A DNA stretch of 64,000 nucleotides, taken from positions 594,080 to 658,079 of the forward strand of contig CAVWNY010000001.1 of NCBI GenBank assembly GCA_963756545.1. Reading direction: 5' to 3'. This document shows, one piece after another, positions 26,127 to 35,619 of this stretch. A program made the position numbers and the translations under genes. Each line of letters starts with the position of its first letter. The first letter of the stretch is position 1. The notes below the pieces were generated by a model. The model ran no database searches. It was not told the DNA's origin and saw only the letters and a program-made list of their open reading frames with translations. This DNA comes from an uncultured Pseudomonadota bacterium. GTDB lineage: Bacteria; Pseudomonadota; Alphaproteobacteria; Acetobacterales; Acetobacteraceae.

Positions 26127-27284
26127 TCACGTCAGATGCGGCAGAGCCTGCCACTCGCGGCCCTGCATCTCGGTGAGACGGGAGGCGGTGCGCTCGAACA
26201 TCCGCACGTTCTCGCCGCGCGCGTAGAGCTGGTCCGGCATGGCGTCGGCGGAGGCGAGCAGCTTCACCCTGTGGTCGTACAGCGTGTCGATCAGCATGAT
26301 GAAGCGGCGCGCCTCGTCGAAATTGTCGGGTGACAGGCGCGGGATGTCGTCGAGGACGAGCGTGTGATAGTGGGTCGCGAGCGCGAGATAATCGCCCGGC
26401 CCGAGCGCGGCGGCGCACAGCGTCGCGAAATCGAACCGTGCCACCCCCTCGGCCGCCGCCGGCACCACCAGCCGGCGCCCCATCACCGTCAGGCTCTCGG
26501 GGCGCGGCGCGGCCCCTCCGGTCATCTCGGCGAAGGCGTCGTCCAACTCACGCCGGCTTTGCGCGTCGGCGGGGACGTGCCAGGTCCGCAAGCCTCTCAG
26601 CCGGGCGCGCCGGAAGTCGCGGGCGGCGTTCATCTCCAGCACGTCCAGCCGCTGGTTCAGCAACGCGATGAAGGGCAGGAACGCATCCCGCCCCGGCTGG
26701 CCCTTGAAGAGGTCGTCGGGGCGGATGTTGGAAGTCGTCACCACCACGACGCCGCGCTCGAACAGCGCCTGAAACAGCCGGCCGAGGATCATCGCGTCGG
26801 CGATGTCGTTCACCTGAAATTCGTCGAGGCAGAGCAGCGCGGCCTCGGCGGCGATGGCGTCTGCCAGCGGCGGGATCGGGTCGTCGATCTCGGGGTTGGC
26901 GCGCTTGAAGGCGTGAAAGCGCGCGTGCGCGTCCTGCATGAACTGATGAAAATGGATGCGCCGCTTGCGAGGCACGTCGGCGGCGGCGAAGAACAGGTCC
27001 ATCAGCATCGACTTGCCGCGCCCGACCGCGCCCACGAGGTAGAGGCCGTTCGGCTTGCCCTCCGGCGCGTCGTCCACCGCCCGAAGGCGTAGCAGGCGCG
27101 AGAGCAGCCCGTTCCCCAGCGCCGGCCGGGGCGGCGGGTCGTAGCCGCGCAACTTCGCCCACAGATGCTGGAGCCGTTCGGCCGCCAGCGCCTGGGCCGG
27201 GTCGGGGACCAGCCGACCGGCCGCCACCAGCGCCCGGTAGGCCGGCAACGGCCCGGCGGCGGTGGGGGCGGCTTTTGTGTCCAT
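26127..27284 (-). CDS. zapE: cell division protein ZapE (AFG1-family ATPase)
   Basis: 385 aa. It has Walker A GAVGRGKSMLMD and Walker B LLCLDEFQV. Confidence 0.85.
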   Translation of the reverse strand: MDTKAAPTAAGPLPAYRALVAAGRLVPDPAQALAAERLQHLWAKLRGYDPPPRPALGNGLLSRLLRLRAVDDAPEGKPNGLYLVGAVGRGKSMLMDLFFAAADVPRKRRIHFHQFMQDAHARFHAFKRANPEIDDPIPPLADAIAAEAALLCLDEFQVNDIADAMILGRLFQALFERGVVVVTTSNIRPDDLFKGQPGRDAFLPFIALLNQRLDVLEMNAARDFRRARLRGLRTWHVPADAQSRRELDDAFAEMTGGAAPRPESLTVMGRRLVVPAAAEGVARFDFATLCAAALGPGDYLALATHYHTLVLDDIPRLSPDNFDEARRFIMLIDTLYDHRVKLLASADAMPDQLYARGENVRMFERTASRLTEMQGREWQALPHLT

Positions 27285-27364
27285 TCGCGGCGCCCGATAG
27301 CGCGTAACGCGAAAAGGTTCAACGAGCGGCGATCCGTGCTAAAGCCGCCGGGAGAGGAGCGCCG

Positions 27365-27997
27365 ATGATCGAACTGGATTTCCCCGCCTTGCGCGCCGCC
27401 CCGGTCGCGGCCGAGCCGTTTCCGCACCTGCTGGTGCCCGACTTCGTGCCGCCCGACAGCTTGCGCGCGGTGCTCGCAGACTTGCCGCCGATCGGACAGC
27501 GCGGCTCCTTCCCGGTCGAGGCGCTGCGGCTCGGCCCGGCCGCGCGGGCGCTGATTGCGCAATTGCAGGGAAGCGCGTTGCGCGCGCTCATCACCGAGCG
27601 CTTCGGGCTCGACCTCGACCAGGCACCGACCATGCTCACGCTACGCGGCCGCACCGCCGAGCGCGACGGGCGCATCCATGTCAATTCGACGGCCAAGCGC
27701 GTCACCGCGCTGCTCTACCTCAATCCGGCATCCGACAGCTTTGCCCGGCACGAGGGGTGCCTGCGCCTGCTGCGCGGCCCGCACGACCTGGAGGACTATG
27801 TCGTCGAGGTGCCTCCGGTGAACGGGACGCTCCTGGTATTCCCCAACGCGGCCAACACCTGGCACGGGCACAAGATCTTCGCCGGCCAACGCTACAGCAT
27901 CCAGCTCAACTACATGACGACCGACCAGAAGGCGCGCGCCGAGATGCGGCGCCATCGGCTGTCGGCCTTCGTCAAGCGCCTGACGCGCGCGGCGTGA
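27365..27997 (+). CDS. 2OG-Fe(II) oxygenase-like protein
   Basis: 210 aa. The pattern GRIHVNSTAKRVTALLYLN ... NTWHGHK resembles the small 2OG-oxygenase family (IHTDS...H). Here the HxD position reads H-V-N. Confidence 0.55.
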   Translation: MIELDFPALRAAPVAAEPFPHLLVPDFVPPDSLRAVLADLPPIGQRGSFPVEALRLGPAARALIAQLQGSALRALITERFGLDLDQAPTMLTLRGRTAERDGRIHVNSTAKRVTALLYLNPASDSFARHEGCLRLLRGPHDLEDYVVEVPPVNGTLLVFPNAANTWHGHKIFAGQRYSIQLNYMTTDQKARAEMRRHRLSAFVKRLTRAA

Positions 27998-28019
27998 CTC
28001 CTCCAGCAAGGATCTCCGC

Positions 28020-29444
28020 ATGACCGAGCCGCGCATTATTCCCGTCATCCTCTCCGGCGGCTCGGGCACGCGGCTGTGGCCCGTTTCGCGGGAGAGTTTT
28101 CCCAAGCAGCTCTGGCCGCTCGTCTCCGAGCGCACGATGGTTCAGGAGACGGCGCTGCGCGCGGCAGGCAACGGATTCGCTCCGCCGATCGTCGTCTGCA
28201 ACCAGGAGCATCGCTTCCTGATCGCCGAGCAGCTTCGCGCGGCCGGCATCGAGGGCGCGTGGATCATCCTGGAGCCGGTCGGGCGCAACAGTGCGCCCGC
28301 CATCGCCGCCGCCGCCCTGCTCGCCGCCGAGACCGACCCGGGCGCGGTCCTGTGGATGATGCCGGCCGATCACGCGATCGCCGACCTCGCCGCCCTGCGC
28401 GAGCACGTCGACACGGCGGCCGAGGCGGCGCGCGCGGGGCGGATCGTGCTGTTCGGAATGCGCCCGAACACGCCCGAGACCGGATACGGCTACATCGAGA
28501 CCGGGGCGGAACTGTCGGAAACCGGCGGTGCGCGCGACGTCGCCCGCTTCATCGAGAAGCCGGACGCCGAGACCGCCGCCAAGCTGATCGCCTCCGGCCG
28601 GCATCTGTGGAACTCCGGGATGTTCGTGTTCACCGCGCGGACCCTGCTCGATGAACTGGCTGCCCACGCGCCCGAGGTGCTGGAGGGCGTGCGCCGGGCG
28701 ATGGCGGGCCGGTCGAGCGACCTCGATTTCATCCGCCTCGACCCGGAGGCGTTTCGCGCCACGCCGGCGATCAGCCTCGACCATGCGGTGGCCGAGCGCA
28801 CGACGCGCGCGGCCGTCATCCCGGCCGATCTCGGCTGGTCCGATGTCGGCAGTTGGAACGCGCTGTGGGAGCTGGCGGCCAAGGATCGGCGCGGCAACGC
28901 CACGGTGGGCGACGCGGTACTGGAGAACGCCGACGACTGCTATGTCCGCAGCGACGGCCGGCTGGCCGCGGTGGTCGGCCTGAGGGACGCCGTGTTGGTG
29001 GTGACCGAGGACGCGGTGCTGGCGATGCACCGCGACCACGCGCAGGACGTCAAGGTGCTGGTTGATCGTCTGAAGCGGTCCGGGCGGGCGGAGGCGGTGG
29101 CGCACAACCGCGTCTATCGCCCCTGGGGCTACTACGAAGTGCTGACGCGCGGCGATCGGTTCCAGGTCAAGCGGATCGTGGTCAAGCCCGGCCAGAAGCT
29201 GTCCCTGCAGAAGCACTTTCATCGCGCGGAGCACTGGGTCGTGGTCACCGGCAGCGCGCTGGTCACGCGCGGGGAGCGTTACGAGCTGCTCCAGGAGAAC
29301 GAGAGCGTCTATATCCCGTTGGGCGAAATCCACAGGCTGGAGAATCCCGGCAAGATCCCGCTGGCGCTGATCGAGGTCGGGTCGGGACCGTATCTCGGCG
29401 AGGACGACATCGTGCGGATCGAGGATACCTACGGGCGGTCGTGA
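28020..29444 (+). CDS. manC: mannose-1-phosphate guanylyltransferase/mannose-6-phosphate isomerase
   Basis: 474 aa. It has the N-terminal ILSGGSGTRLWP and a C-terminal cupin region (RPWGYYE...HFHRAEHWVVV). Confidence 0.9.
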   Translation: MTEPRIIPVILSGGSGTRLWPVSRESFPKQLWPLVSERTMVQETALRAAGNGFAPPIVVCNQEHRFLIAEQLRAAGIEGAWIILEPVGRNSAPAIAAAALLAAETDPGAVLWMMPADHAIADLAALREHVDTAAEAARAGRIVLFGMRPNTPETGYGYIETGAELSETGGARDVARFIEKPDAETAAKLIASGRHLWNSGMFVFTARTLLDELAAHAPEVLEGVRRAMAGRSSDLDFIRLDPEAFRATPAISLDHAVAERTTRAAVIPADLGWSDVGSWNALWELAAKDRRGNATVGDAVLENADDCYVRSDGRLAAVVGLRDAVLVVTEDAVLAMHRDHAQDVKVLVDRLKRSGRAEAVAHNRVYRPWGYYEVLTRGDRFQVKRIVVKPGQKLSLQKHFHRAEHWVVVTGSALVTRGERYELLQENESVYIPLGEIHRLENPGKIPLALIEVGSGPYLGEDDIVRIEDTYGRS

Positions 29445-29755
29445 TGGGCGGACGCTCGTGAGGCTGTCCAGCTTCCCACCTCGGCCGCCGGGTGCCGCAG
29501 GTGCCACAGACGCTCGTGCGCCGCGACCAGGCTCTCCATATTGCGTCGACGCCCGCCGTCGGGACTCGTCGGGCGCCTGGCGAGCATCATCTCCAGCACC
29601 TGCAGGAGCTGCTCGGCCACTTCCAGGTCGCGCTGGTCGCAGGCCTGGTGGAACCCGATCAGGATCTTGTCGGACAATCGGCGGCTATAGCGCGGCGCGC
29701 CCATTGGAGGGGAGGCGGGCGGCTCGTGCAAGACATCGTCCTCGGTTTCGCTCAC
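29429..29755 (-). CDS. conserved hypothetical protein
   Basis: GTG 29755 lies 4 nt after GGAGG. The 108-aa product contains ...LSDKILIGFHQACDQRDLEVAEQLLQVLEMMLARRP...NMESLVAAHERLWHLRH. It lies downstream of nrdB on the same strand. Confidence 0.5.
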   Translation of the reverse strand: MSETEDDVLHEPPASPPMGAPRYSRRLSDKILIGFHQACDQRDLEVAEQLLQVLEMMLARRPTSPDGGRRRNMESLVAAHERLWHLRHPAAEVGSWTASRASAHHDRP

Positions 29756-29905
29756 GCTACCTCCGCCGCGCCTGGGAGCAAGCGAATTCTTGCTGTTCTG
29801 GAACGAGCTTGCCACGCCCGGTCCAAGCCGCCGTGAGACTTGGGTCAATGATCCGTTATTTCGTGGAACCAATCGTTCGCCGGTGACGGAAATACAACAG
29901 CACCG

Positions 29906-30901
29906 TCACTCCGCGAACGCCTCCTCCCAGGAGCCGACGGTCGAGGCCTTGCTGTATTCGGTAGACCGGTTCTCGAAGAAGTTGGCGTGCTCCACGGCGT
30001 TCAGCATCTCGTCCAACCAGGGCAGCGGGTTCCGCTCCACGTCGAACAGCGGCTCCAGCCCGAGCTGGATCAGCCGGCGATCGGCGATATAGCGGATATA
30101 TTGCTTCAAGTCTCCCGCGGTCAGCCCCTCGACCGGGCCCTGTTCGAACGCGAGGTCGATGAATGCGTCCTCGTGCTCCACGATGGTCGCGCAGGTGTCG
30201 CGGATCTCGCGCCGCAGCGCCTCCGTCCAGATGTCCGGGTTCTCCTGCACGAAGGTGCGGAACAGGCGGATCATGGAGACGCAGTGCAAGGTCTCGTCGC
30301 GCACCGACCACGAGATGATCTGGCCCATCCCCTTCATCTTCCCGAAGCGCGGGAAATTCAGCAGGACGGCGAACGAGGCGAACAGCTGAAGCCCTTCGGT
30401 GAAGGCGCCGAACGCGGCGAGCGTCTTGGCGATGTCGTGCCGGCTGTCGACCGAGAAGCCCTGCATGTAGTCGTACTTGTCCTTCATCTCCTTGTAGCGG
30501 AGAAAGGCCTGGTACTCGGTCTCCGGCATTCCGATCGTGTCGAGCAGGTGGCTGTAGGCGGCTATGTGGACCGTCTCGATGTTCGAGAAGGCCGACAACA
30601 TCATCAGCACCTCGGTCGGTTTGAAGACCTGGCTGTAGTGCTTCATGTAGCAGTTGTTCACCTCGACGTCGGCCTGGGTGAAGAACCGGAAGATCTGGGA
30701 GAGCAGGTTGCGCTCTCCCTCCGTCAGGTTGCGGTGCCAGTCCTTCACGTCGTCGGCGAGCGGCACCTCCTCGGGCAGCCAATGGACCCGCTGCTGGGTC
30801 AGCCAGGCCTCGTAGGCCCACGGATAGCGGAACGGCTTGTACACCGGATTCGCGGCCAGCAGGCCGGAGGGAGCCGCCGCAACTTGGGAGCCACCGTCCA
30901 T
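29906..30901 (-). CDS. nrdB: ribonucleoside-diphosphate reductase subunit beta (class I)
   Basis: ATG 30901 follows AGAGGA, giving 331 aa. It has the di-iron ligand motifs NIETVHIAAYSH and VRDETLH and a C-terminal acidic tail. The track ORF is over-extended to 31294. Confidence 0.9.
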   Translation of the reverse strand: MDGGSQVAAAPSGLLAANPVYKPFRYPWAYEAWLTQQRVHWLPEEVPLADDVKDWHRNLTEGERNLLSQIFRFFTQADVEVNNCYMKHYSQVFKPTEVLMMLSAFSNIETVHIAAYSHLLDTIGMPETEYQAFLRYKEMKDKYDYMQGFSVDSRHDIAKTLAAFGAFTEGLQLFASFAVLLNFPRFGKMKGMGQIISWSVRDETLHCVSMIRLFRTFVQENPDIWTEALRREIRDTCATIVEHEDAFIDLAFEQGPVEGLTAGDLKQYIRYIADRRLIQLGLEPLFDVERNPLPWLDEMLNAVEHANFFENRSTEYSKASTVGSWEEAFAE

Positions 30902-30950
30902 CGCTCGTCCTCTTCTTTTCGAGGCCGAGTTTAGCACGGCCGCGCCCGCC

Positions 30951-30966
30951 AATCCATATGTTGTGG
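30951..30966 (-). promoter_or_regulatory. weak NrdR-box-like palindrome upstream of nrdB
   Basis: The minus strand reads CCACAACATATGGATT, matching 11 of 16 positions of the recalled NrdR consensus acaCwAtATaTwGtgt. It lies ~50 nt upstream of the nrdB ATG. I found no convincing second box. Confidence 0.25.
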
Positions 30967-31205
30967 CAGACAAGCCGTCTTTCACCAAGGGTATGCCGGT
31001 TCGGGCGTCACCGCACCACGCCACGCACACCACTCGCCCCGACTGGCCGGCATCCAGCCGGTTCGTGTGGCGCCGCGGCCGCCACAGCAGCCAGCCGCGG
31101 CCTGGGTGAAAGGAACCTTCCAGGGTGGTGAGGCGTTCGCCCGACGGGCCGGTCGGGCGCCGGTTCCCTGACTGATGAAACCGGCAAACAGGCAGGAGGC
31201 ACCGA

Positions 31206-31493
31206 ATGAAATCCGTTCTTCTGGCGCTGACGGCTCTATCATGTGGCGTCATTTTCGCGCCGAACGTCAACGCGGCCAACAACGGCGTCACCACCTCGAT
31301 GGGCGCGCCGCAGGGCTCACCTTCCTACTCGGCTCCGCGCTCCGCAGTCGTACCCGGCCTGCCGCAGCAGGAGCGGAGGGCTCAACAGCAGCACGAGGCG
31401 ATGGGTCAGGAGAAGACCGATCAAGGAGTGACCACGCCGGTGCAGGGTCCCAAAAGCCTGAACGGCAAGACACAGACCAACCCCGGGGGCTAG
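31206..31493 (+). CDS. small secreted protein (hypothetical)
   Basis: AGGAGG lies 7 nt upstream of ATG 31206. It has a signal peptide, MKSVLLALTALSCGVIFAPNVNA|ANN, and a low-complexity Q/P/G-rich mature part of 72 aa. Confidence 0.5.
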   Translation: MKSVLLALTALSCGVIFAPNVNAANNGVTTSMGAPQGSPSYSAPRSAVVPGLPQQERRAQQQHEAMGQEKTDQGVTTPVQGPKSLNGKTQTNPGG

Positions 31494-31573
31494 CCAAGAT
31501 CGAGGCGAGCAGCGGCACGATCACCCGATCCCCGCTCTGACAGACTGCTGCGCGTACGGCTCCCCGCCCGGCG

Positions 31574-32497
31574 CTATCCCAATCCGCGCCCCGGCCAGGC
31601 GCCACCCCGGGTGAGTTCGCGTGCCAGTGCGACGATGGTATCGGCCAGTGCCGTCACGATCGGCGGTCGCGGGCCGTGTGCCGGCAGCACCAGCGCGAGC
31701 TGCCAGCTCGCCGCCGGGCGCAGCGGCAGGGCTTCGAGCTGGCCGTCGCGCAGGTCCGCCTCGAACGCGCCCCGGCTGAGCAGGCAGAAGCCCTGCCCCG
31801 CCCGCAGCAACGCGCGGATGATCAGGGGATCATCGACCTCCATCCGCAGGTTCAGGGTCAAACGCTGCTCGGCCATCCACCCGTCGAGCAGGCGGCGCGA
31901 GGCGTTCGGCCGGCTGGGCAGGATCATCGGCAATGTCGCGAGGTCCGCCGTGCAGACCGGCCCGCGCCGACGCGGAAAGCTGCCGGGCCGGCCGACCAGG
32001 AACACCGGCTCCTGCACCAGCGGGACGGCATCGAAGCCGCGCTGCGGCAAGGGATCGTGGAGGCAGGCTAGGTCCACCTGGCCGCGCACAAGCCATTCGT
32101 GGATGTAGCCGCTGTAGCCGCCGGCCACCTTCAGGAACACGTTGGGATAGGCGGCGGCGAAGCGTTCGGCGAGCGCGGGAACCAGGTAGGTGCCGGCGGC
32201 CGGCGGCACGGCCAGGGTCAGCGTGCCCGCCGGCCCGTTGGCGCCGTCGCGGATTTCGGCCCGCGCCTGCTCCATCTGGCGCAGGATCACCTGGCTGCGC
32301 GCCAGCAGCGTGCGGCCGGCGTCGGTCAGCGTGACGCCGTGCCCGTGGCGGATGAACAGCGCCGTCCCTACCTCCTGCTCCAGCCGCTTGATTTGCCGGC
32401 TGAGCGCCGGCTGGGACAGACGCAGGAACTCCGCGCCGCGGCTGTAGCCGCCGAACTCGGCGACGGTCTGGAAGTAGCGCAGCGCCCTGGTGTCCAT
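31574..32497 (-). CDS. LysR-family transcriptional regulator
   Basis: ATG 32497 gives MDTRALRYFQTVAEFGGYSRGAEFLRLSQPALSRQIKRLEQEVG, an HTH followed by a LysR substrate-binding domain. It is divergent from the LLM gene. Confidence 0.85.
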   Translation of the reverse strand: MDTRALRYFQTVAEFGGYSRGAEFLRLSQPALSRQIKRLEQEVGTALFIRHGHGVTLTDAGRTLLARSQVILRQMEQARAEIRDGANGPAGTLTLAVPPAAGTYLVPALAERFAAAYPNVFLKVAGGYSGYIHEWLVRGQVDLACLHDPLPQRGFDAVPLVQEPVFLVGRPGSFPRRRGPVCTADLATLPMILPSRPNASRRLLDGWMAEQRLTLNLRMEVDDPLIIRALLRAGQGFCLLSRGAFEADLRDGQLEALPLRPAASWQLALVLPAHGPRPPIVTALADTIVALARELTRGGAWPGRGLG

Positions 32498-32600
32498 CCC
32501 GCCCGATCCGTCATTCAGGTAATAGCACCTATAGACGTTATGCCTTGGACGCAAAGCCCGGTGCGGTTCCATGCTGGCTCGTCCGGCGCGGGAGCCTGCC

Positions 32601-33680
32601 ATGAAATTCGGTCTGATGACGCAAATCCAGATGCCGCGGCCCTGGGGGGAGAACGCCGAGGTGCTGGCCTATCGGCACGCCATCGACCAGGCGGTGGCGG
32701 CGGAGGCGGCCGGCTTCCGCTACTTCTGGACCACCGAGCAGCACTTTTTCATGGAGATCGGGCACAGCCCCTGCCCCGACATGTTGCTGGCTGCCATCGC
32801 CGAGCGCACGCGCGACATCCGGCTGGGCTTCGCGGTCATGCTGATGACGGTGCATAATCCCTTCATCATCGCCGAGAAGATCGCGACCCTCGACGTCATC
32901 AGCAACGGACGGGTCGAATTTGGCATGGGCCGCGGCTCGACGCAGTACATGGTGGAAGCGCTGGGCGTGGACCCGACCACCGCCCGGGCGCAGGCCGGCG
33001 AGGCGACGGAGGCCGTGCTGCGGATGTTTGCCGAGGAGCACTTTGCCGGTTTCAAGGGAGAGCACTACGACCTGCCTTCCCGCTATGTCGTGCCGCGCCC
33101 GGTGCAGCGGCCGCACCCGCCGCTGTGGGTGGCGGCGTCGAATTTCGAGACCTATGAACACGCCGCCCGGATGGGCGTCGGGGTGATCGGTGTCACCCGC
33201 AACTCGATCACCGAGACCAGGCACGCCATCGCCTGCTATCGGCAGACCATTCGCGGCGACCGCTCCGCGTTTATCGGCCAGTATGCGAACGAGCACGTGG
33301 CGGCGTTCGCCCTGGCGTGCGTACATGAGGACGATCGGATCGGGCGCGATGTCGCCTGCGCGGCGGCGCGGTGGTACAACGGCGACAACGAGGCCGTACT
33401 CAACCATGTCCGCTTCGGGACCGCGGGCGGGATCGACAAGATTCGGGCGAAGTTCCGCGGCCGCACCAACGACGAGCTGATCGAGGACGGCATGGCGATC
33501 GGCGGCAATCCCGATACGGTGTGCCGCGCGGTGGAGAAGTGGCAGGCCGCCGGGCTCGACCAGATGATCTTCGTGCTGCAAGCCGGACGCACGACGCACG
33601 ACCAGGTCATGCGCTCGATCGAGCTGATCGGCGAGCAGGTGATCCCACGCTTCGCCGACCGGCAGGCGGCGGCCGAATAG
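32601..33680 (+). CDS. LLM-class (luciferase-like) flavin-dependent oxidoreductase
   Basis: ATG 32601 gives MKFGLMTQI... The blocks FWTTEQHF, NPFIIAEKIATLDVISNGRVEFGMGRG and PHPPLWVAA fit the luciferase-like monooxygenase fold. Confidence 0.85.
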   Translation: MKFGLMTQIQMPRPWGENAEVLAYRHAIDQAVAAEAAGFRYFWTTEQHFFMEIGHSPCPDMLLAAIAERTRDIRLGFAVMLMTVHNPFIIAEKIATLDVISNGRVEFGMGRGSTQYMVEALGVDPTTARAQAGEATEAVLRMFAEEHFAGFKGEHYDLPSRYVVPRPVQRPHPPLWVAASNFETYEHAARMGVGVIGVTRNSITETRHAIACYRQTIRGDRSAFIGQYANEHVAAFALACVHEDDRIGRDVACAAARWYNGDNEAVLNHVRFGTAGGIDKIRAKFRGRTNDELIEDGMAIGGNPDTVCRAVEKWQAAGLDQMIFVLQAGRTTHDQVMRSIELIGEQVIPRFADRQAAAE

Positions 33681-33734
33681 CGGGGTCGCTCCCATGCCGT
33701 AAGCGCGTCGGGAAAACAAAAAAGGGAGGCACAA

Positions 33735-34733
33735 GTGAAACGAGCGACCTGGATGCTGGCGTTGGCGGCGGCGTTCGCCGCATCCCTTGGCTGTGCCACG
33801 ACCCCGGCCTCGGCGCAGCAGCGCGAGCCGGTCAAGGCCGAGCTGGCGGCCTCGACGACATGGTGGGGCCAGATTCCCCTGATGGTCGCGATCGACAAGG
33901 GCTTTTTCAGGGATGCCGGGGTGGATGTCACGCTGCGCAACATCACCAACTCGTCGGACCGCATCGCCGCCGTTGCGTCCGGCTCGGCGGTGTTCAGCAA
34001 TCTTGGCCGCATCGCGGTGATCAGCAACATGGCGCGCGGCGACACCAGCTTCTGGTATTTCGCCAACATCGACGATTCTCCCGGCAACGAGGGCTGCTGG
34101 GCCCGGCCCGGCTTCACCTCCTGGGCGCAACTGAAGGGTCACAAGGTCGCGGCCAACACCTCCGCTCAGATCACGATGGACGGGCTGCTGCAAAATGCCG
34201 GAATGACCGAAAAGGAAGTGCGGTTCGTAAACCTGCCGCCGGACGAGATGGCGCCCGCGCTTGCGAATGGGGACGTGGACGCCGCCTGCGTCTGGCAGCC
34301 GTTGCTGGCGGGGCTGAAGAAGGCGGCGCCCGGCGGCAAGATGCTCGGCCTCGACAGCGATACGCCGATCGGACAGAAGTTTCATACGATGGCCTCGCCG
34401 GACATCGTCATCATCGCACGGAGCTTTGTCACGCGGTACCCCGAGGCGGCGCGCGACCTGGCCGCCGCGATGTTCAAGGGCGCGGACTACACCAATGCCC
34501 ATCCGGAGGACACGGCGAAGACGGTCGCGCATTATTTCCGCAAGTCGCCGGAGGAGGTTCTCGCGGCGATGAAGACGTTCAAGTATTTCGGCGCGGCCGG
34601 ATGGCCCGAGCACATGCGGATTCAAACCGAGCAGATGCAGTACCTTGCCCACCTGTTGAGCGCGAGCGGTAAGATCCCCACCGAACCTGACGTCAGCAAA
34701 TGGGAGAACGTGAGCTTTGTCCCGAAGCCGTGA
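33735..34733 (+). CDS. ABC transporter substrate-binding protein (NitT/TauT, NMT1-like)
   Basis: 332 aa with a signal peptide, MKRATWMLALAAAFAASLGCATTPASA. It is colinear with NMT1/SsuA-type binding proteins. Confidence 0.8.
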   Translation: MKRATWMLALAAAFAASLGCATTPASAQQREPVKAELAASTTWWGQIPLMVAIDKGFFRDAGVDVTLRNITNSSDRIAAVASGSAVFSNLGRIAVISNMARGDTSFWYFANIDDSPGNEGCWARPGFTSWAQLKGHKVAANTSAQITMDGLLQNAGMTEKEVRFVNLPPDEMAPALANGDVDAACVWQPLLAGLKKAAPGGKMLGLDSDTPIGQKFHTMASPDIVIIARSFVTRYPEAARDLAAAMFKGADYTNAHPEDTAKTVAHYFRKSPEEVLAAMKTFKYFGAAGWPEHMRIQTEQMQYLAHLLSASGKIPTEPDVSKWENVSFVPKP

Positions 34734-35619
34734 GACTGGCGTAGTATCAACAACCGTCCGCGACGACCTGCCCGCGCCGCCCGTCGGGCCGACCGGTGCC
34801 TGGTCGTTGCCGCTCGTCGGAAGGGCCGGTCGGGCTGGACGCCGACCGGGGATGGCGCGTCTCGGCTTGGTCCTCGCCATCAAAGTCGCCGCGATCGCGG
34901 TGTTCCTTCTCGCCTGGCACATGGCGACGTCGCTGGGCTGGGTGTCTCCGGTGTTCCTGCCCTCGCCCGCCGCTGTATTGGGTGCGGCGGGGAAGCTCGC
35001 CGCCAGTGGCGACCTGTTGACCGACGTGGCGATCTCCTCGCAGCGCGTCTTCCTGGGCTTTGGCTTTGCCGCGCTGGTGGCCGTTCCGCTCGGTGTGGTC
35101 ATGGGCGTGTGGTGGCCGGCCAAGGCCGTCATGGACCCGTTCATCTCGCTGCTGCGCCCGCTGCCCTCTATTACCTGGATCCCGCTCACGATCCTCTGGC
35201 TCGGGATCGGGGAATCGGAGAAGGTCGCGATCGTCTTTCTCGGCTCGTGGATTTACATCCTGATCTCCACGGTCGAGAGCACGCGTCGCGTCGACCCTTT
35301 GCTGGTGCGCGCCGCGCGCAATCTTGGCGCGTCCGACCTCGCGGTGATGCGGGAGGTGATCCTTCCCGGCGCCTTGCCCGGCATCATCACCGGCCTCAAG
35401 ATCACGCTCGCGATCGCGTGGTCCTGCGTGCTCACGGCCGAGATGGTGGCAGCACAGGACGGCCTCGGCGCGCTAATCTGGCAGGCCAAAGACTGGGGCA
35501 ACCTGTCGCTCGTGCTGGTGGGCATGGTCTGCATCTCGATCACCGTCCTGCTCGCCGACTTCGCGGCCAACCGCATTGAGCGGCTGCTCCTCCCGTGGGA
35601 ACGCAGCCGGCGCGCCTGA
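34717..35619 (+). CDS. ABC transporter permease (NitT/TauT family)
   Basis: Multi-TM protein with an EAA-like loop, ARNLGASDLAVMREVILPGALPGI. The start is ambiguous: TTG 34717 or ATG 34852 (MARLGLVLAIK...). Confidence 0.8.
   Translation: MSRSRETGVVSTTVRDDLPAPPVGPTGAWSLPLVGRAGRAGRRPGMARLGLVLAIKVAAIAVFLLAWHMATSLGWVSPVFLPSPAAVLGAAGKLAASGDLLTDVAISSQRVFLGFGFAALVAVPLGVVMGVWWPAKAVMDPFISLLRPLPSITWIPLTILWLGIGESEKVAIVFLGSWIYILISTVESTRRVDPLLVRAARNLGASDLAVMREVILPGALPGIITGLKITLAIAWSCVLTAEMVAAQDGLGALIWQAKDWGNLSLVLVGMVCISITVLLADFAANRIERLLLPWERSRRA

Noticed and set aside
33728-33745. A GTGAAAC half-site that might be a parS.
   Set aside because: Only the right half matches. The left half matches 3 of 8 positions, and the string overlaps the binding-protein start region.
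32538-35189. 883-aa minus-strand ORF across the LLM, binding-protein and permease genes.
   Set aside because: It is antisense to three genes with clear family motifs. Composition is typical of GC-rich non-coding frames.
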